Positions 11,780-23,538 of a DNA stretch of 64,000 nucleotides are shown here, one piece after another. A model generated the notes under the pieces. That model worked only from the letters and a program-made list of their open reading frames with translations, made no database searches and had not been told where the DNA came from. The position numbers and the translations under genes are program-made. The number at the start of each line of letters is the position of its first letter. Position 1 is the stretch's first letter. The stretch lies in NCBI GenBank assembly GCA_052327205.1, contig CM126214.1, positions 25,668,001 through 25,732,000 on the forward strand. Direction: 5' to 3'. Source of the stretch: Somniosus microcephalus. Its lineage: Eukaryota.

Positions 11780-12320
11780 TGGTTTAAGAGGGCGGAGGGA
11801 GGCGTCAAGATGGAGGGTTCTGGGGAAGCAGTTCCAGAAGTCAGGGAGAGTATGGCTGGAAGAATGGCTGCTGTTGCTGGAACAAAGATATTGGGAATGA
11901 GGATTAATCCAGTCAGAGGAGCTTAGGGTACGTGCAGGGACATTAAACTGGAGGAAATCACAAATGTGGGGTGGGGCAAAGCCATGAAGGATTTTAAAAT
12001 GAGAATGTGGATCTTCTAATCAGTCTGCTAGAGCACGAGAAGACAGCGGGACATTGCAAGGATGTTGGCGACCGGCGTGCAGGAAATCATTAGAGAGGGG
12101 ACATGGGAGGCAGTGATCTGGATAAGTTACAGTTAGTACAGGGTGGATGTTAGGAAGCTAGCAAAGAGAACACTGGAGCAGTCAAGCCTCAAGGTGATAA
12201 AGACCTCGATTAGGGGCTCAACAGTGCTAGGGGAGAGGCAGAGAACGAAGCAGGCAATGTTTGTGGTTATAGATCAGATGAGGTTAACAAACCTCAGCTC
12301 AAGCTTGAGCAGGATGCCAG
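11780..12320 (-). mobile_element. Degenerate L2 LINE
   Basis: Purine-rich plus strand matching the reverse complement of the other L2 3' regions in this window. Confidence 0.55.
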
Positions 12321-12359
12321 GGCTAATTAGGGTTAGCCCTTTAACAGTTTCCTGGCCCA

Positions 12360-13432
12360 AACCATCTCCTTTTCACCATTCCCCACCAGGACGGCCTGCG
12401 GGACCTCCGCTTCTTCCTTGAACAGAGGCCCAACTAGTCCCCATCCACCACCACCCTCCTCTGTCTGGCTGAACATGTTCTTACATTTAACAACTTCTCC
12501 TTTGACTCCACTCACTTCCTCCAAATAAAAGGTGTTGCTATGGGAACCTGTATGGGTACTAGCTATGCCTGCCTTTTTATGGGATATGTAGAACATTCTT
12601 TATTCCAGTCCTACTCATCCCCTCCCTCAACTCTTTTTCCGGTACATTGATGACTGTATTGGTACCACTTCCTGCTCTCACCCCAAACTGGAAAATTATC
12701 AACAACTTTGCTTCCATTTTCCACCCCTCCCTCCTCCCTCACCTTCACATGGTCCATCTCTGACTCTTTCCTACCCTTCTTCAATTTCTCTATCTCCTAT
12801 TTCTGGGGATAGGCTGTCAACGAATATCTACTATAAGCCCACCGACTCCCACAGCTACCTTGATGACTCTTCCTCCCACCCCGCTTCCTGTAAGGACTCT
12901 ATTCCTGCCTCCCAGTTTATCTGTCTCCGTCGCATCTGCTCGGATGGTGCCACCTTCCACACCAGTGCTTCTGATGTCCTTTTTCCTCAACTGAGGATTC
13001 CCCTCCACCGTGGTTGACATGGCCCTCGACCATGTCCATCTCATTTCCTGCACTTCTGCACTCACCCCTTCCCCTCCCTCCCAGACCCATGATAGGGTTT
13101 ACACCTCCTCTAGACTCATCTTTTGTTTCTTTACTTGTCCCATTGCCACCTGTTTCTGCCTTGCACCATCATCTCTTTTTGTCATTTAATCACTCCTGCC
13201 TTACACACTTTCACAGACCTCAATCTTTGTTCTTTCCTCCCCTCCCCCCTTTCTCTGCCTCTGTTTTTGCTTAAAAGCTATTACATTAACTTCTTCCAGT
13301 TCTGATGAAAGGTCATCGACCTGAAATGTTAATTGTTTCTCTCTCCACAGATGCTGCCTGACCTGCTGATTATTTCCAGCATTTTCTGTTTTTATTTCAG
13401 ATTTCCAGCATCCACAGTATTTTGCTTTTGTA
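12360..13432 (+). mobile_element. Penelope-like element: RT fragment, internally deleted, with 3' UTR
   Basis: FNNFSFDSTHFLQIKGVAMGT…FFRYIDDCIG…YYKPTDSHSYL…LRRICSD; 3' end carries a hammerhead core. Confidence 0.9.
13297..13335 (+). ncRNA. Minimal type I hammerhead ribozyme motif (Penelope-associated)
   Basis: CAGTT-CTGATGA-A-AGGTC(ATC)GACCT-GAAA-TGTT-AATTG; stem III has decayed from CG to TG. Confidence 0.65.
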
Positions 13433-14192
13433 TTCTAATTTATGTGTGACTCATCTATAACTTTGATAATGATGTCATAGGTTCATGAATGCTTACCAGT
13501 TACTGAATAAACTGTGATAATAGATTTAATTATCTTTTAAAGGGAATTGATTTTAAAGGGGAACTTCCTGCATTAACTGATCCAGATAATCATTATAAAC
13601 ATTAAAAGTGCTAAATCACTCCACATACTCAAACACAAATACGGGCATCTCAATTTGACTTTGTAAGGGTATCTCACATCTTAAACTAAATGAGTATATG
13701 ACCATTGCCTAGGTACAACATACACCATCTAAAAGCTGCCAATACTACACCCATCATATTCATTTCACAGATGCATCACATGTGATCTGAACTCCATTTC
13801 TAAAATAATGTACAGGAAATTAAGCCACATATATGACTGCTGTCAGATATTAGCTAAATGGAGAAATACAGGCTCTTGCATTGCCAACAAAGCTCTTAAA
13901 CATGGACACCTTTGTTCTGGTGGTTACATCGCAGATATGTGCAGGAGGCATACATGAGTCTCAGATATGGCTGAACTGAAAGCTATTAACGAAGGTTGTA
14001 TTGTACCGTATATTCTAGGTTGAAAATTGCAACAATAATTGGCAAGAGTTTAAAAGGAAATATTCAGGGAGTAGATTTGTAGCCTTGCACAATACCGTGT
14101 AATTTTTAAATACTATGCTGTATATTTAATACTATACATTTTAAAACTAGCTTAAAATTATAACTTGTTATGCCCAATGTTTTGACACTTAC

Positions 14193-14549
14193 CAATCACC
14201 AAAACTGTTATTATGTGACCCATCACAGTGCCTAGGCTGTAGCTGGGGAGCCTGCCCTGACACTGATAATGTCCACTGTGGCTAATGTGAGCAGGAGATA
14301 TCCGAAGCAAAGAAGTCATTGTACCAGGCCCATTACGTAGGATGTACGTGGTCCGATTGACATATTCATCCAGCTGAGCCAGCAACGTGCAACTTTTTGA
14401 TGTTACCTTACACCAATTCAATTCTGGTTCAGAGGAACTGTTCTCACAGTAGATAGCTTTGCACGAGAGAGAAAGCGTGCTGCCTTCCACAGCGTAGATT
14501 GTGGATTTTGAATAAGAGAGTTTTAGTTCACATCTGTTTTGATTCTGCC
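14193..14549 (-). CDS. Ig domain 1 exon of the BTLA/CD160-like gene
   Basis: Phase 1-1 exon of 357 nt (tttag|GG … ATTG|gtaagt). GQNQNRCELKL…LSLSCKAIYC…WCKVTSKSC…HSGHYQC…MGHIITVLVI, with six Cys in the BTLA arrangement. Confidence 0.9.
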
Positions 14550-14898
14550 CTAAAATGGAGGAGAAAAACATGAATAAAACTGACTGTATTTATTGGATAT
14601 TTTGTGAAATATAAATTATTGGGTGAAGGTTAATTAGTTGTAATATTTTACTATATACTGGTTAGATTTTTTCATTGGATAAATGTCAAGTAATGAGTTC
14701 TTTGAGGAAATAATGGAGCAAATTGATAAAGGAAATGCAGTGGATTGCTGTGCATATGGATTTTCAAAAGGCATTTGATAAAGTGAGGTTTGCTAATAGA
14801 ATTAACACATGGTATTAAAGGGAATGGGTAGCAAGGATAGAAAGTTGGCTAAAGGACAGAAAACAAAGAAGTGGTTAATGGATATTCTTAAGAGTGTG

Positions 14899-15423
14899 TG
14901 TAAATATGATCTCTTTTTTTACTTTCAGTATTAAGCTAGATTGCAGTTTAGTATTAAGTTTTGTTAGTGTATAATTTTATTTTACTCTTTAGAATGCATG
15001 AAAAGATGATGTTGAAACAGAAATTTCTTACAGTTAAAGCTGATATCTTCAAGGTCCATACAGTGAGTCATCATCTGCATGAACAGAAAAACATTGTGTC
15101 GAGACTGAGAGAGAGATAAGGGGAGTCACAAGGAACTGTGCATCTGGACAAATACGTGTTTTGGGCTTTTGTTAGCGTAGAGGCATTCACTAGGCGAAGA
15201 CGACAGTCATAGACAGGAAGAGGCAACTGGCATCCATAGTTATGACCCCTACCTAAATCAGACCAGGTAATATAATTTGCTCTGTTTTGTTAATTACTGC
15301 TTCGATGCTTGCATATATCGACCTTTGTTTCACTTCTTAAAATAAAATTATTACTGTAACCCAATGGTGTCGGCTCTAACCTATTGGACAAGTAAAAGAG
15401 GCCTAAAGGTAAGGTTTCTTACA
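14899..15423 (+). mobile_element. Probable LTR (solo or partial) nested in the CR1
   Basis: Begins TGTAA and ends TTACA, with AATAAA about 80 nt before the end; splits a contiguous CR1 motif. No TSD seen. Confidence 0.5.
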
Positions 15424-16357
15424 ACTGGTAGATGCAAACAATGGTGTCCCCCTGGGTCAGTGCTCTTTTCAACATATATGCATGATCTGGACTTGGGTAT
15501 CGTGGCACAATGAAAATATTTGCAGACAACACAAAAAGAGAGTGTGCGTTTGACCATGAAGCAACTTCAGAAAGACAGACGGGGTGGCACGTTGAGCAGA
15601 TAGAGCTCAAATGAAAATGAGAAATGGGAGGTGATATATTTTGGGAAGATGAGTAAGGAGATGAACTATACACTCAATTGCAAAACTTTAAAAGGAGTAG
15701 AGGAGCAGAAAGACTTAGATTTTCAGAAGCACAAATCTTTAAAAGTGGGAGAACAAGTTGCTGAAGCTTTGAAAAGGTATACAAGATCCTAGCTTTTATA
15801 GAAAGGGGTATAGAATACAAAAGCAAAGATGTAATGCCAAAAATATGCAAGTCGCTGGTTAGACTACATTTAGAATGTAATGTCCGGTTTTGGGCGCTTT
15901 ACTGATGTCAAGACCATGGATATGGTGCAGCAGAGTTTCATTAGAATGATACCAGGGATAAGAGTCTTTAGTTACGAAGGGAGACGAGAGAAACTGGGGC
16001 TCTTTTCAATAGTACAGAAAAAGGTCGAGAAGGTCTGCTGGTGGTAAAAATTATGCAAGGTTTTGATGAGATAAATAGGGAAAAATTAATTTCAAAGTTT
16101 GGCGAGTTGGTAATTAAAAGGGCATAAATTTAAGATCAGCACCAAAGGAAGAGGTTAGTAACAATTTGTTTTTAAACGCAGAAGTGTGTTAGGAAATGGA
16201 ATGTCCTTTAGAAGCAGTAGTGAAAGAGTCTATAGGATACATTGTTGAAATAGAAAATTTGAAGAGAGTATAGGGAAACGGAAAGGGATTGAACTAATTG
16301 TACAGATCTTAGAGAGCCAGTACAGCTGCAACTTAAAAATACATTTAAAAATATTAT

Positions 16358-16719
16358 TTTATGGGATGTGGGCGTCACTGGCAAGGCCAGCATTTATTGC
16401 CCATCCCTAATTGGCCTCGAAAAGGTGGTGGTGAGCCGTCTTCTTGAACCGCTGCAGTGCTGTTAGGGAGGGTGTTCCAGGATTTTGACCCAGCGATGAT
16501 GAAGGATTGTCAATATACTTCTAAGTCAGGATGGTGTGTAATTTGGAGGGGAACTTGGAGGTGGTGGTGTTCCCATGTGCCTGCTGCCCTTGTCCTTCTA
16601 GTTGGAAGAGGTCGTGGGTTTGGGAGGTGCTGCCGAAGAAGCCTTGGCGAGTTGCTGCAGTGCATCTTGTAGATGGTACACACTGCGGCCACCCAGTGGT
16701 GGAGGGAGTGAATGTTTAG
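16358..16719 (-). mobile_element. Non-LTR retrotransposon 3' end (family of 4654 and 35250)
   Basis: AAVCTIYKMHCSNSPRLLRQHLPNPRPLP. Confidence 0.85.
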
Positions 16720-16733
16720 ATGGCCTCCTTCTG

Positions 16734-17095
16734 ATCACAGAAATCACAGATCACAGAAACCCCACAGTGCAGATAGAGGCCATTTCGGCCCATCGAGCCT
16801 GCACCGACACATATCCCACCCGATCCCCGTAACCCCTACACCAACACATATCCCACCCTATCCCCGTAACCCCACGTATTTAATCCCCCCTAACACTAAG
16901 GGTCAATTTATCATAGCCAATCAACCTAACCCGCACATCTTTGGACTGTGGGAGGAAACCGGAGCGCCCGGAGAAAACCCACGCAAACACGGGGAGAATG
17001 TGCAAACTCCACACAGACAGTCACCCGAGGCCGGATTCGAACCCGGGTCCCTGGCGCTGTGAGGCAACAGTGCTAACCACTATGCCACCGTGCTG
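16734..17095 (-). mobile_element. HE1 (V-SINE) of elasmobranchs
   Basis: tRNA head GCACGGTGGCATAGTGGTTAGCACTG…GGTTCGAATCC, V domain GTGTGGAGTTTGCACATTCTCCCCGTG…GGGTTTTCTCCGGG…CCGGTTTCCTCCCACAGTCCAAAGA, and a CR1-like tail. Confidence 0.9.
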
Positions 17096-17578
17096 TAATA
17101 TTCTATGATTCTACAACTTAGTTCGGATACTTTAGTGGAACACAAGTGTTGATTCAACATTTTCATAAAAGTCGATTTATTTGTTATAAAAGCTTAGACT
17201 AATCACTATCATATTCAGAAAGAGGGGTGAACACAAAATTAATCAGTTGAAATATTTTCTATACACCAAAAAACACAAAATATGAGATAGCATAATCAAT
17301 TAGTTTTCATTAATCATTCACACAACATAATTCTACACACTTGTTTGAGTGCCACAAAACAAGGCCTTTACCATGTATTAGCAAAGATTATTCTAACATC
17401 AAACAGAAGAACAGAAGTTACAAATGTGGCGCTAATGCAAGCACGGACATGAAGGATTAAATGATCTCCTTCTGAGCAGAAATTTTTATGATTCTATAGT
17501 TTTGATAACCTATTTATAAAAATATCTTTCACACTGCTAGGTGTTAAAAAAAATTGACAATTGTAAAATTGTTCCCAC

Positions 17579-17663
17579 CTTGTACTGTGGCCATCCACCA
17601 AGTAATTAATAAAAATGCCCTTCCAAGAGGCACCGTTACACGTCTAGGGTGTTGACGGATCAT
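17579..17663 (-). CDS. Leader (signal peptide) exon of the BTLA/CD160-like gene
   Basis: ATG at 17663; MIRQHPRRVTVPLGRAFLLITWWMATVQ(G). Phase-1 donor AAG|gtggga matches the phase-1 Ig exon. Confidence 0.75.
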
Positions 17664-17812
17664 CCCAGCGTGTGTTCAAAGTACTGCTTTCGATATAAAC
17701 TTTTCAAAGTGAATGTTGCATTCTCTAAAGCAGCCCTCACAAGCCCTGTGATTTCCGTCCCATACTGAAAGGTGGAACAAAGCACAGTATTTAACTACGC
17801 ATTATCCGTTAG

Positions 17813-17825
17813 CAGGAAGTGGTTT
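17813..17825. promoter_or_regulatory. ETS-RUNX composite site in the putative promoter of the Ig gene
   Basis: CAGGAAGTGGTTT, about 150 bp upstream of the ATG. Confidence 0.5.
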
Positions 17826-18707
17826 GTTTTAAAAGAAACAGCCAGGCACCAATAAAACTGAATCTATTTGTATCGTCAGTAGGTGACAATGAATGTGATC
17901 TTTCCATAACTACAGTAGGCTTTCCGTTTAAATTTTAATTACCAATATCATTCAGAAAGAGGTAGAAGGTGGTCATCTTTTTAATTGCAGTTTCTGAAAA
18001 AAGTATTCACACAGTTATACAGACTGGAATTAAAAATAAGCCAACTGTTAAAATATCTTGCTAGTGCCACTCATTGTGAAGGTGCTTAAGGTGGAGATGA
18101 GCTTCATGGTGTGTGAGATTGTGAAATTAAGACTTAAGATTTGCATTTATATTGCGCCTTGCACAACCTCAGGACGTCCCGAAGCGCTTTACAGCCAATT
18201 AAATACTTTTGAAGTGTAGGCACTGTTGTAATGTAGGAAATCACCTCTGGACTTTTTCTTTAAATCCTCGTGCTACATTTGAAAGGGAATTAGGGGAAGT
18301 GTGGAGCCACAAGTTCTAACTTACTTCTGCTGTAAAAGCTTCAGTACCTCCCTAATGTTTGACACTCGGGCAAACCATCTGTGTGGCAGGATGACTGGCC
18401 CTGGTGCAGGAGAGGAGACTGGGGTCAGGAAATCAAGCAGAGATCCTCATCACCAGATACCTATCTGAATCACACAACGTTGAGCCTTCCAACTAGCCTT
18501 TCACACTGGCCTAAAGTGCACTTGTATCTTCATAAGCCTAATTTTATTATAACATATGCAAATTACATTGAGATAAGGCTGGGCACAATTTGTTAATATT
18601 AGATGGACAGTAAAGGGAAGACAGTAAAGGCTGTTCAGAACGCAAGTTCTTAAAAGCTAAATTGCACAACTTTTCATTACTGCAACCTATATTCTTAAAA
18701 TGGCTAC

Positions 18708-19694
18708 AGAAAATGCTGGAAAAACTCAGCAGGCCAGGCAACATCCGTGGAGAGAGAAACAGAGTTAACGTTTCAGGTTGAAACCCTTCTTCAGAACTGA
18801 GGAAAAAAGCAGGAAATGAAACAGATTAAAAAAGGCCAGTTTGGGGGCTGGGAAATGGGGGAGGGGATGAAAGAACAAAAGGGAAGGTCTGAGAAGTGAA
18901 GAGACATCAAGACGAGACGAGATGGTGTTAGGACAGGTAAAGAGACGAAGGATGGCTCTAGATGAGGTGTGAAATGCGCTGGCAGAATGAGAGACAGCTG
19001 CCATGTGGGAGAGAAAAAAGAGAGGCACAAACCAAAGGTGTGGATAAAAAATATATATAAATATAATAGGGGCCGAGGTTATGATCTGAAATTGTTGAAC
19101 TCGATAGAGAGTCCGGAAGGCTGTAAAGTGCCTAATCGGAAGATGAGGTGCTGTTCCTTGAGCTTACGCTGAGCTTCTGTGGAACAATGCAAGAGGCCGA
19201 GGATGGTGAGGTCTGAGTGGGAATGGAGCGGTGAATTGAAATGACAGGCGACCGGAAGCTCGGGGTCACCCTTACGGACTGAACAGAGGTGTTCCGCAAA
19301 GCGGTCACCCAATCTGCGTTTGGTCTCCCCAATGTAGAGGAGACCACATCGTGAGCAGCGAATACAGTATACTAGATTGCAAGAAATACAAGTAAATCGC
19401 TGTTTCACCTGGAAGGGGTGTTTAGGGCCCTGGACAGTGGGAAGGGGGGCGGGGAAGTACAAGGGCAGGTGTTGCATCTCCTGCGCTTGCACGGGAAGGT
19501 GCCGGGCGAAGGGGAAGGGGTGCTGGGGGTGATAGAGGAGTGGACTAGGGTGTCTCGGAGGGATGCTGAAAGGGGAGGGGAGGGGAAGATGCGTTTGGTG
19601 GTGGGATCACCACGAAGGTTGCCTGGCCTGCTGAGTTTTTCCAGCATTTTCTGTTGTTATTTTGGATTTCCAGCATCCACAGTATTTTGCTATC
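18708..19694 (-). mobile_element. 5'-truncated Penelope element with GIY-YIG endonuclease, inverted terminal segment and 16-bp TSD
   Basis: NLVYCIRCSRCGLLYIGETKRRLGDRFAEH…HFNS…EQHLIFRLGTLQPSGL. 36-bp perfect inverted repeat at 18707-18742 / 19618-19653. TSD TTCTTAAAATGGCTAC at 18692-18707 and 19695-19710. Confidence 0.92.
18763..18798 (-). ncRNA. Minimal type I hammerhead ribozyme motif (intact core)
   Basis: AGTT-CTGAAGA-A-GGGTT(TC)AACCT-GAAACGTT-AACT. Confidence 0.7.
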
Positions 19695-21142
19695 TTCTTA
19701 AAATGGCTACTAGATTGAGTATTAAAGGTGAATGCCTTCTTTCCAGACAGCAATCATGATTCTTTCATTTTAAGGTGCCTGGGTTATTTGTAAAGAAGCC
19801 ATTGTTGTCTGCAACATATTACACAACTTTTGTCATTCTGACAGGCCTAACCCAGTGGATGGTGTCCAGCTGCAGGACTGAGAATTAACAGAGATTTTAC
19901 CCCCCAAAAGTGTTCTTCAGGCATCAGGAGTCGTACACCAGGTTCTCAGACAGGACGTTCAACTAAGTGCCTGAGGCCTTGTGTATTAACAGTTGTGTGC
20001 ACGTGAATTATGTAGTAACTCAATAAACCCTCACAAAAGCATCCTCTGCACTAGCTCATTTAACATGGATGCCCATCTTTTTACCTGCTGTTACCTTATT
20101 CTGCACCATCAGGGCAAAAAACAACTTTCTAGACTAAGCTGTAATAAACTACAACCAAATATAATGCTGCAAAAATGGCAAGGTTTCAGCCTTGCAACAG
20201 TGTATGTTAAATGTCTTTGAGAACCTAAGCTAGTGCTCTTCCCAAGGTGCTTTGCCAGTGGCAGGAGTAACTTTGGTGTCTGACTACTGGGAGCCTCTTG
20301 GAATTGAAGGGACTCTCTACTTCCTTGTGCTGGGTCATGAGGTGATTCTGCACTGGTTTCATCATATTCAATGCCATCAGTGGTTGGCTGATCTTGCCTG
20401 CTATTTGGTACATTTGCCATTTGAATGATGGTGGAGTAGGAACAGCAGGTGTAGCATCAACCCGAGAAGCAGTTGCCTCATTCATGTCTATCCAGCTATG
20501 CTCCTGCTGGGCACTCCCTCAGCATGTCCACTGATCTACAAGGGAAGCAAGCCTGTGGGCAGCCTAGAGGTTTGTGAAGCCCTGGATTATGGCTGTCTCC
20601 ATTCAATACCCTAACACTTTGAAGCTAGATAAAAGAGCCTGATGCACACTTGAGCCCATCAGCACCATACATCCCCATGCAAAGGATCTCTGCCACCTGG
20701 GTGCTCCATTGCAAAAGGCCACAAGATTGCCAAGTGCTCCACTGTAAACTGCAGTTTCAAGGAGTTGTTATGCAGAACTACACATCTGTGCTGTGAGTAC
20801 TGGATGCCCACACAAATCACTAGACTTTGTAGGGTGTTATGAACAGGTACAAATGACGCAGCTAATACCAAATTCTTGCAACAGGTGGGATGAAAGATGC
20901 TGCGTGCTGCCAGCTTCTTCTATACACTGGGAGCGTTGGCTGGTGCTGGGGGAACTCTTCCAGAAACTGAAGAACGTGTTAGAATGGTGGCTCCAAAGCA
21001 TCCCGTCAAATACTACTTGCATAGTAATGTACTGTGTTGTCATAGTGCTGTCTGTGCCTGTGTGAAAGTTAGTGAATAAGGGTAGAAAGACCAGAAATAA
21101 GAGCATCAGAGCCGGTGGAAGGTGTCCAGCTTCAATTCACAT

Positions 21143-21455
21143 ATGAACAGGAGTAAACCATTCAGCCCCTTGAGCCTGCTCCACCATTCAATGATTGCAG
21201 CTGATCTGTACCTCAACTCTCATTTCCCTTGCTACCCTTACCTAACAAAAACAAAATCTATGGAACGGTCTTGAAAATGTCAATTGATCCAGCATCCACA
21301 GCCTTCTGGAGGAGAGAATTCCAGATTTCCACTACCCTGAGAGAAAAAGTGCTGCCTGATTTCACTCCTAAGTGGCCCAGCTCTAATTTTACGATTGTGC
21401 CCCCTTGTTCTGGATTCCCCCGGCAGAGGAAATAGTTTCTCTTTATCTACCCTGC
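21143..21455 (-). mobile_element. CR1 LINE 3' end
   Basis: RVDKEKLFPLPGESRTRGHN…. Confidence 0.85.
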
Positions 21456-22334
21456 TTGATACGTAGCTGTAAAGCGCTGTGGGACATCTGGAGGTCATGA
21501 AAGTGCTATATAAATGCAAGTTCCTCCTTCTTGTGGACAATACATGTTTCTAATACAAATTTTAAAAATATTTTCATATATATTCGTTTTTAAATTCAAG
21601 TTAGTAATCTTTATTGATTACAAGAGCACACACTTCAATATTCTGTCATACGAGTGGTCTTTCATTGTTCTCCGGGTGAATGATTGCCATCCAGAAAATC
21701 TCTAATATAATTAAGAATTTAAACACATAGACCAGCTGGAACTGAAAAGACATACTGCAGCAAGCAGGCAACCAGGATATTTCCATTTGAACTTTAGTTT
21801 CCACAGAAAAAAGTCTGCATTTGGACACTATGAAATTAAAAGCAATTTAAAAAACTACTGTAAATTTTCTTTTATATGGACTCATTAAGATATAGCCTTA
21901 CCCCAGCTCCATGACTATCGCTATAAAATTATCCATTTTGAGTGTAGAAAGCTCCTCTAAGCCAGGGTATGCATGTGTGGAGGGAGCAGGGGAGAAATAA
22001 TATGTTGTTTCTGGTCATAATAGTACACATTTATCAAGTTTCACAAGAAATATCAGACCAAGTGTTATGTAGATGGATGTTAAATAAATCCTACAGAAGG
22101 ATGAAATATAATGATCTAAACCTCCACCAACAGCTGTAAAATACAACCATGCTGCATGTCTACTAGTGATTAGCTCTAACATTTAGAAGTGGAACCTGCA
22201 ACCAACACGACACGATTGTCGGCGATTAAATACTTCGTAATCTAACAGAAAAATTATGCCAGTAGTCTCACCCTCATGATGCAAATTTTCCACTGAAATT
22301 CACGTGCAAAGAAAAAAGGGAAGATAAAGACATA

Positions 22335-23132
22335 GGGGTAGATTTTCCTGAAGCTGTCGGGAAGGAGGCGGGACTACAACTTTTGGGTTTTAGTCCCGCC
22401 TACATCGATGTCCGGCCAATCCGCGTAATTTTCCCTTGATTGACCTCGTTGAGCCCGCCCAGCGGGCTCAGCAGGCCAATTAAGGGCCACCCGGCAACAG
22501 GTGACGTCACAGACTGAAATTTCATCTGTCAAGAATTCTTGACAGATGAAATATCAGTGTTTCACAGCTGTTTGAAGTTGTCAAACACTGACAGTCTGAC
22601 TTCTAACCGGAGTCCTTCTACACAGACTCAGTTAGAAGTCTCACCGGCAATGAAAGCTGAAGGCTGTCACTTTCGACAGATCGCAGCCATTTTGCTTTCA
22701 GTGCCAGCTGAGTGATGGACTCCCGAAACCTGGAGGAAGAAAGGCTGTTAAGGTAAGTACAGGTAATTTAAACTTGCACACTTACCTTTGCACTTATGCA
22801 CCCATCACTCATCTGAACACCGACATCGCGACCCCTCCAAGTCCTTCAACCCGACGGCTCTAACCTGGCGTGGTTTGGAGCCGTCGGGAATCCCACATGA
22901 CACCCCTCAAAATAGGGATTAGGTCAAAAACTGCCCGTTAACAGGCAGTTAATTGGCACTAATCCCTTCCCACATCAGGTCGGCGGGTCCCAGTGCGGGG
23001 CGGGTACCCGCCTCCTGTGAAACTTACGTGGAGGCGGGTTTTGGGCGGGATGGTGTCGGGATCCCCAAATTCCGGATTTCCCCCCCCAACACGCCTGAAA
23101 CCCCGCCTGACTGCTCCATGAAAATCTACCCC
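22335..23132. mobile_element. PIF/Harbinger-like MITE with many internal hairpins
   Basis: 13-bp perfect TIRs GGGGTAGATTTTC / GAAAATCTACCCC; 3-bp TSD ATA/ATA. Confidence 0.8.
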
Positions 23133-23538
23133 ATAGCTTTAAAACATTTTTTTTTTTAAAAACACAGGAGATTTGACAAATATGTTTCAGTCCATGTTTT
23201 TAAAATGGGGTCACCAGCAGTCAGAACATTTCTGTACTTTCTACTTACTAGCTCATTACTTCCGTTGTACACAAACATTTTCTGCAATGACGACAACTAT
23301 CCTTTGAGTAGAGGACACGGTCTTTTGGAACTCAGGACATGGGGTCTCTGGGACCGTGTTAATATTTGCATGGGTTTCACCACAGAAAGAGGTCTGAAAG
23401 CCAATGCAGCTAACTGCCAGTGATTATGGAAGCATGCCCCAAATACTTCCCAATTATGTCCCTCAGTTGCCAAAAAACTGTGTGGACAACTGTTCAACAG
23501 AAAATAGCACTCTTCAGTCTTGAGTATTTAATCAACTA

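Larger units (their letters stand above)
14680..17115 (+). mobile_element. Old CR1 LINE (RT to 3' tail) interrupted by three nested insertions
   Basis: FFEE…IDKGN…DFQKAFDKV at about 14700, SGVPxGSVL-like sequence at about 15440, tail TTCTATGATTCTA at about 17101. CR1 sequence resumes across each insert. Confidence 0.8.

Noticed and set aside
19900-21100. Cluster of overlapping ORFs
   Set aside because: No motif could be confirmed; possibly a very old transposon remnant.
18556-23371. Octamer ATGCAAAT sites (18556, 22279, 23364) as B-cell enhancers
   Set aside because: Several are expected by chance in AT-rich DNA of this length.
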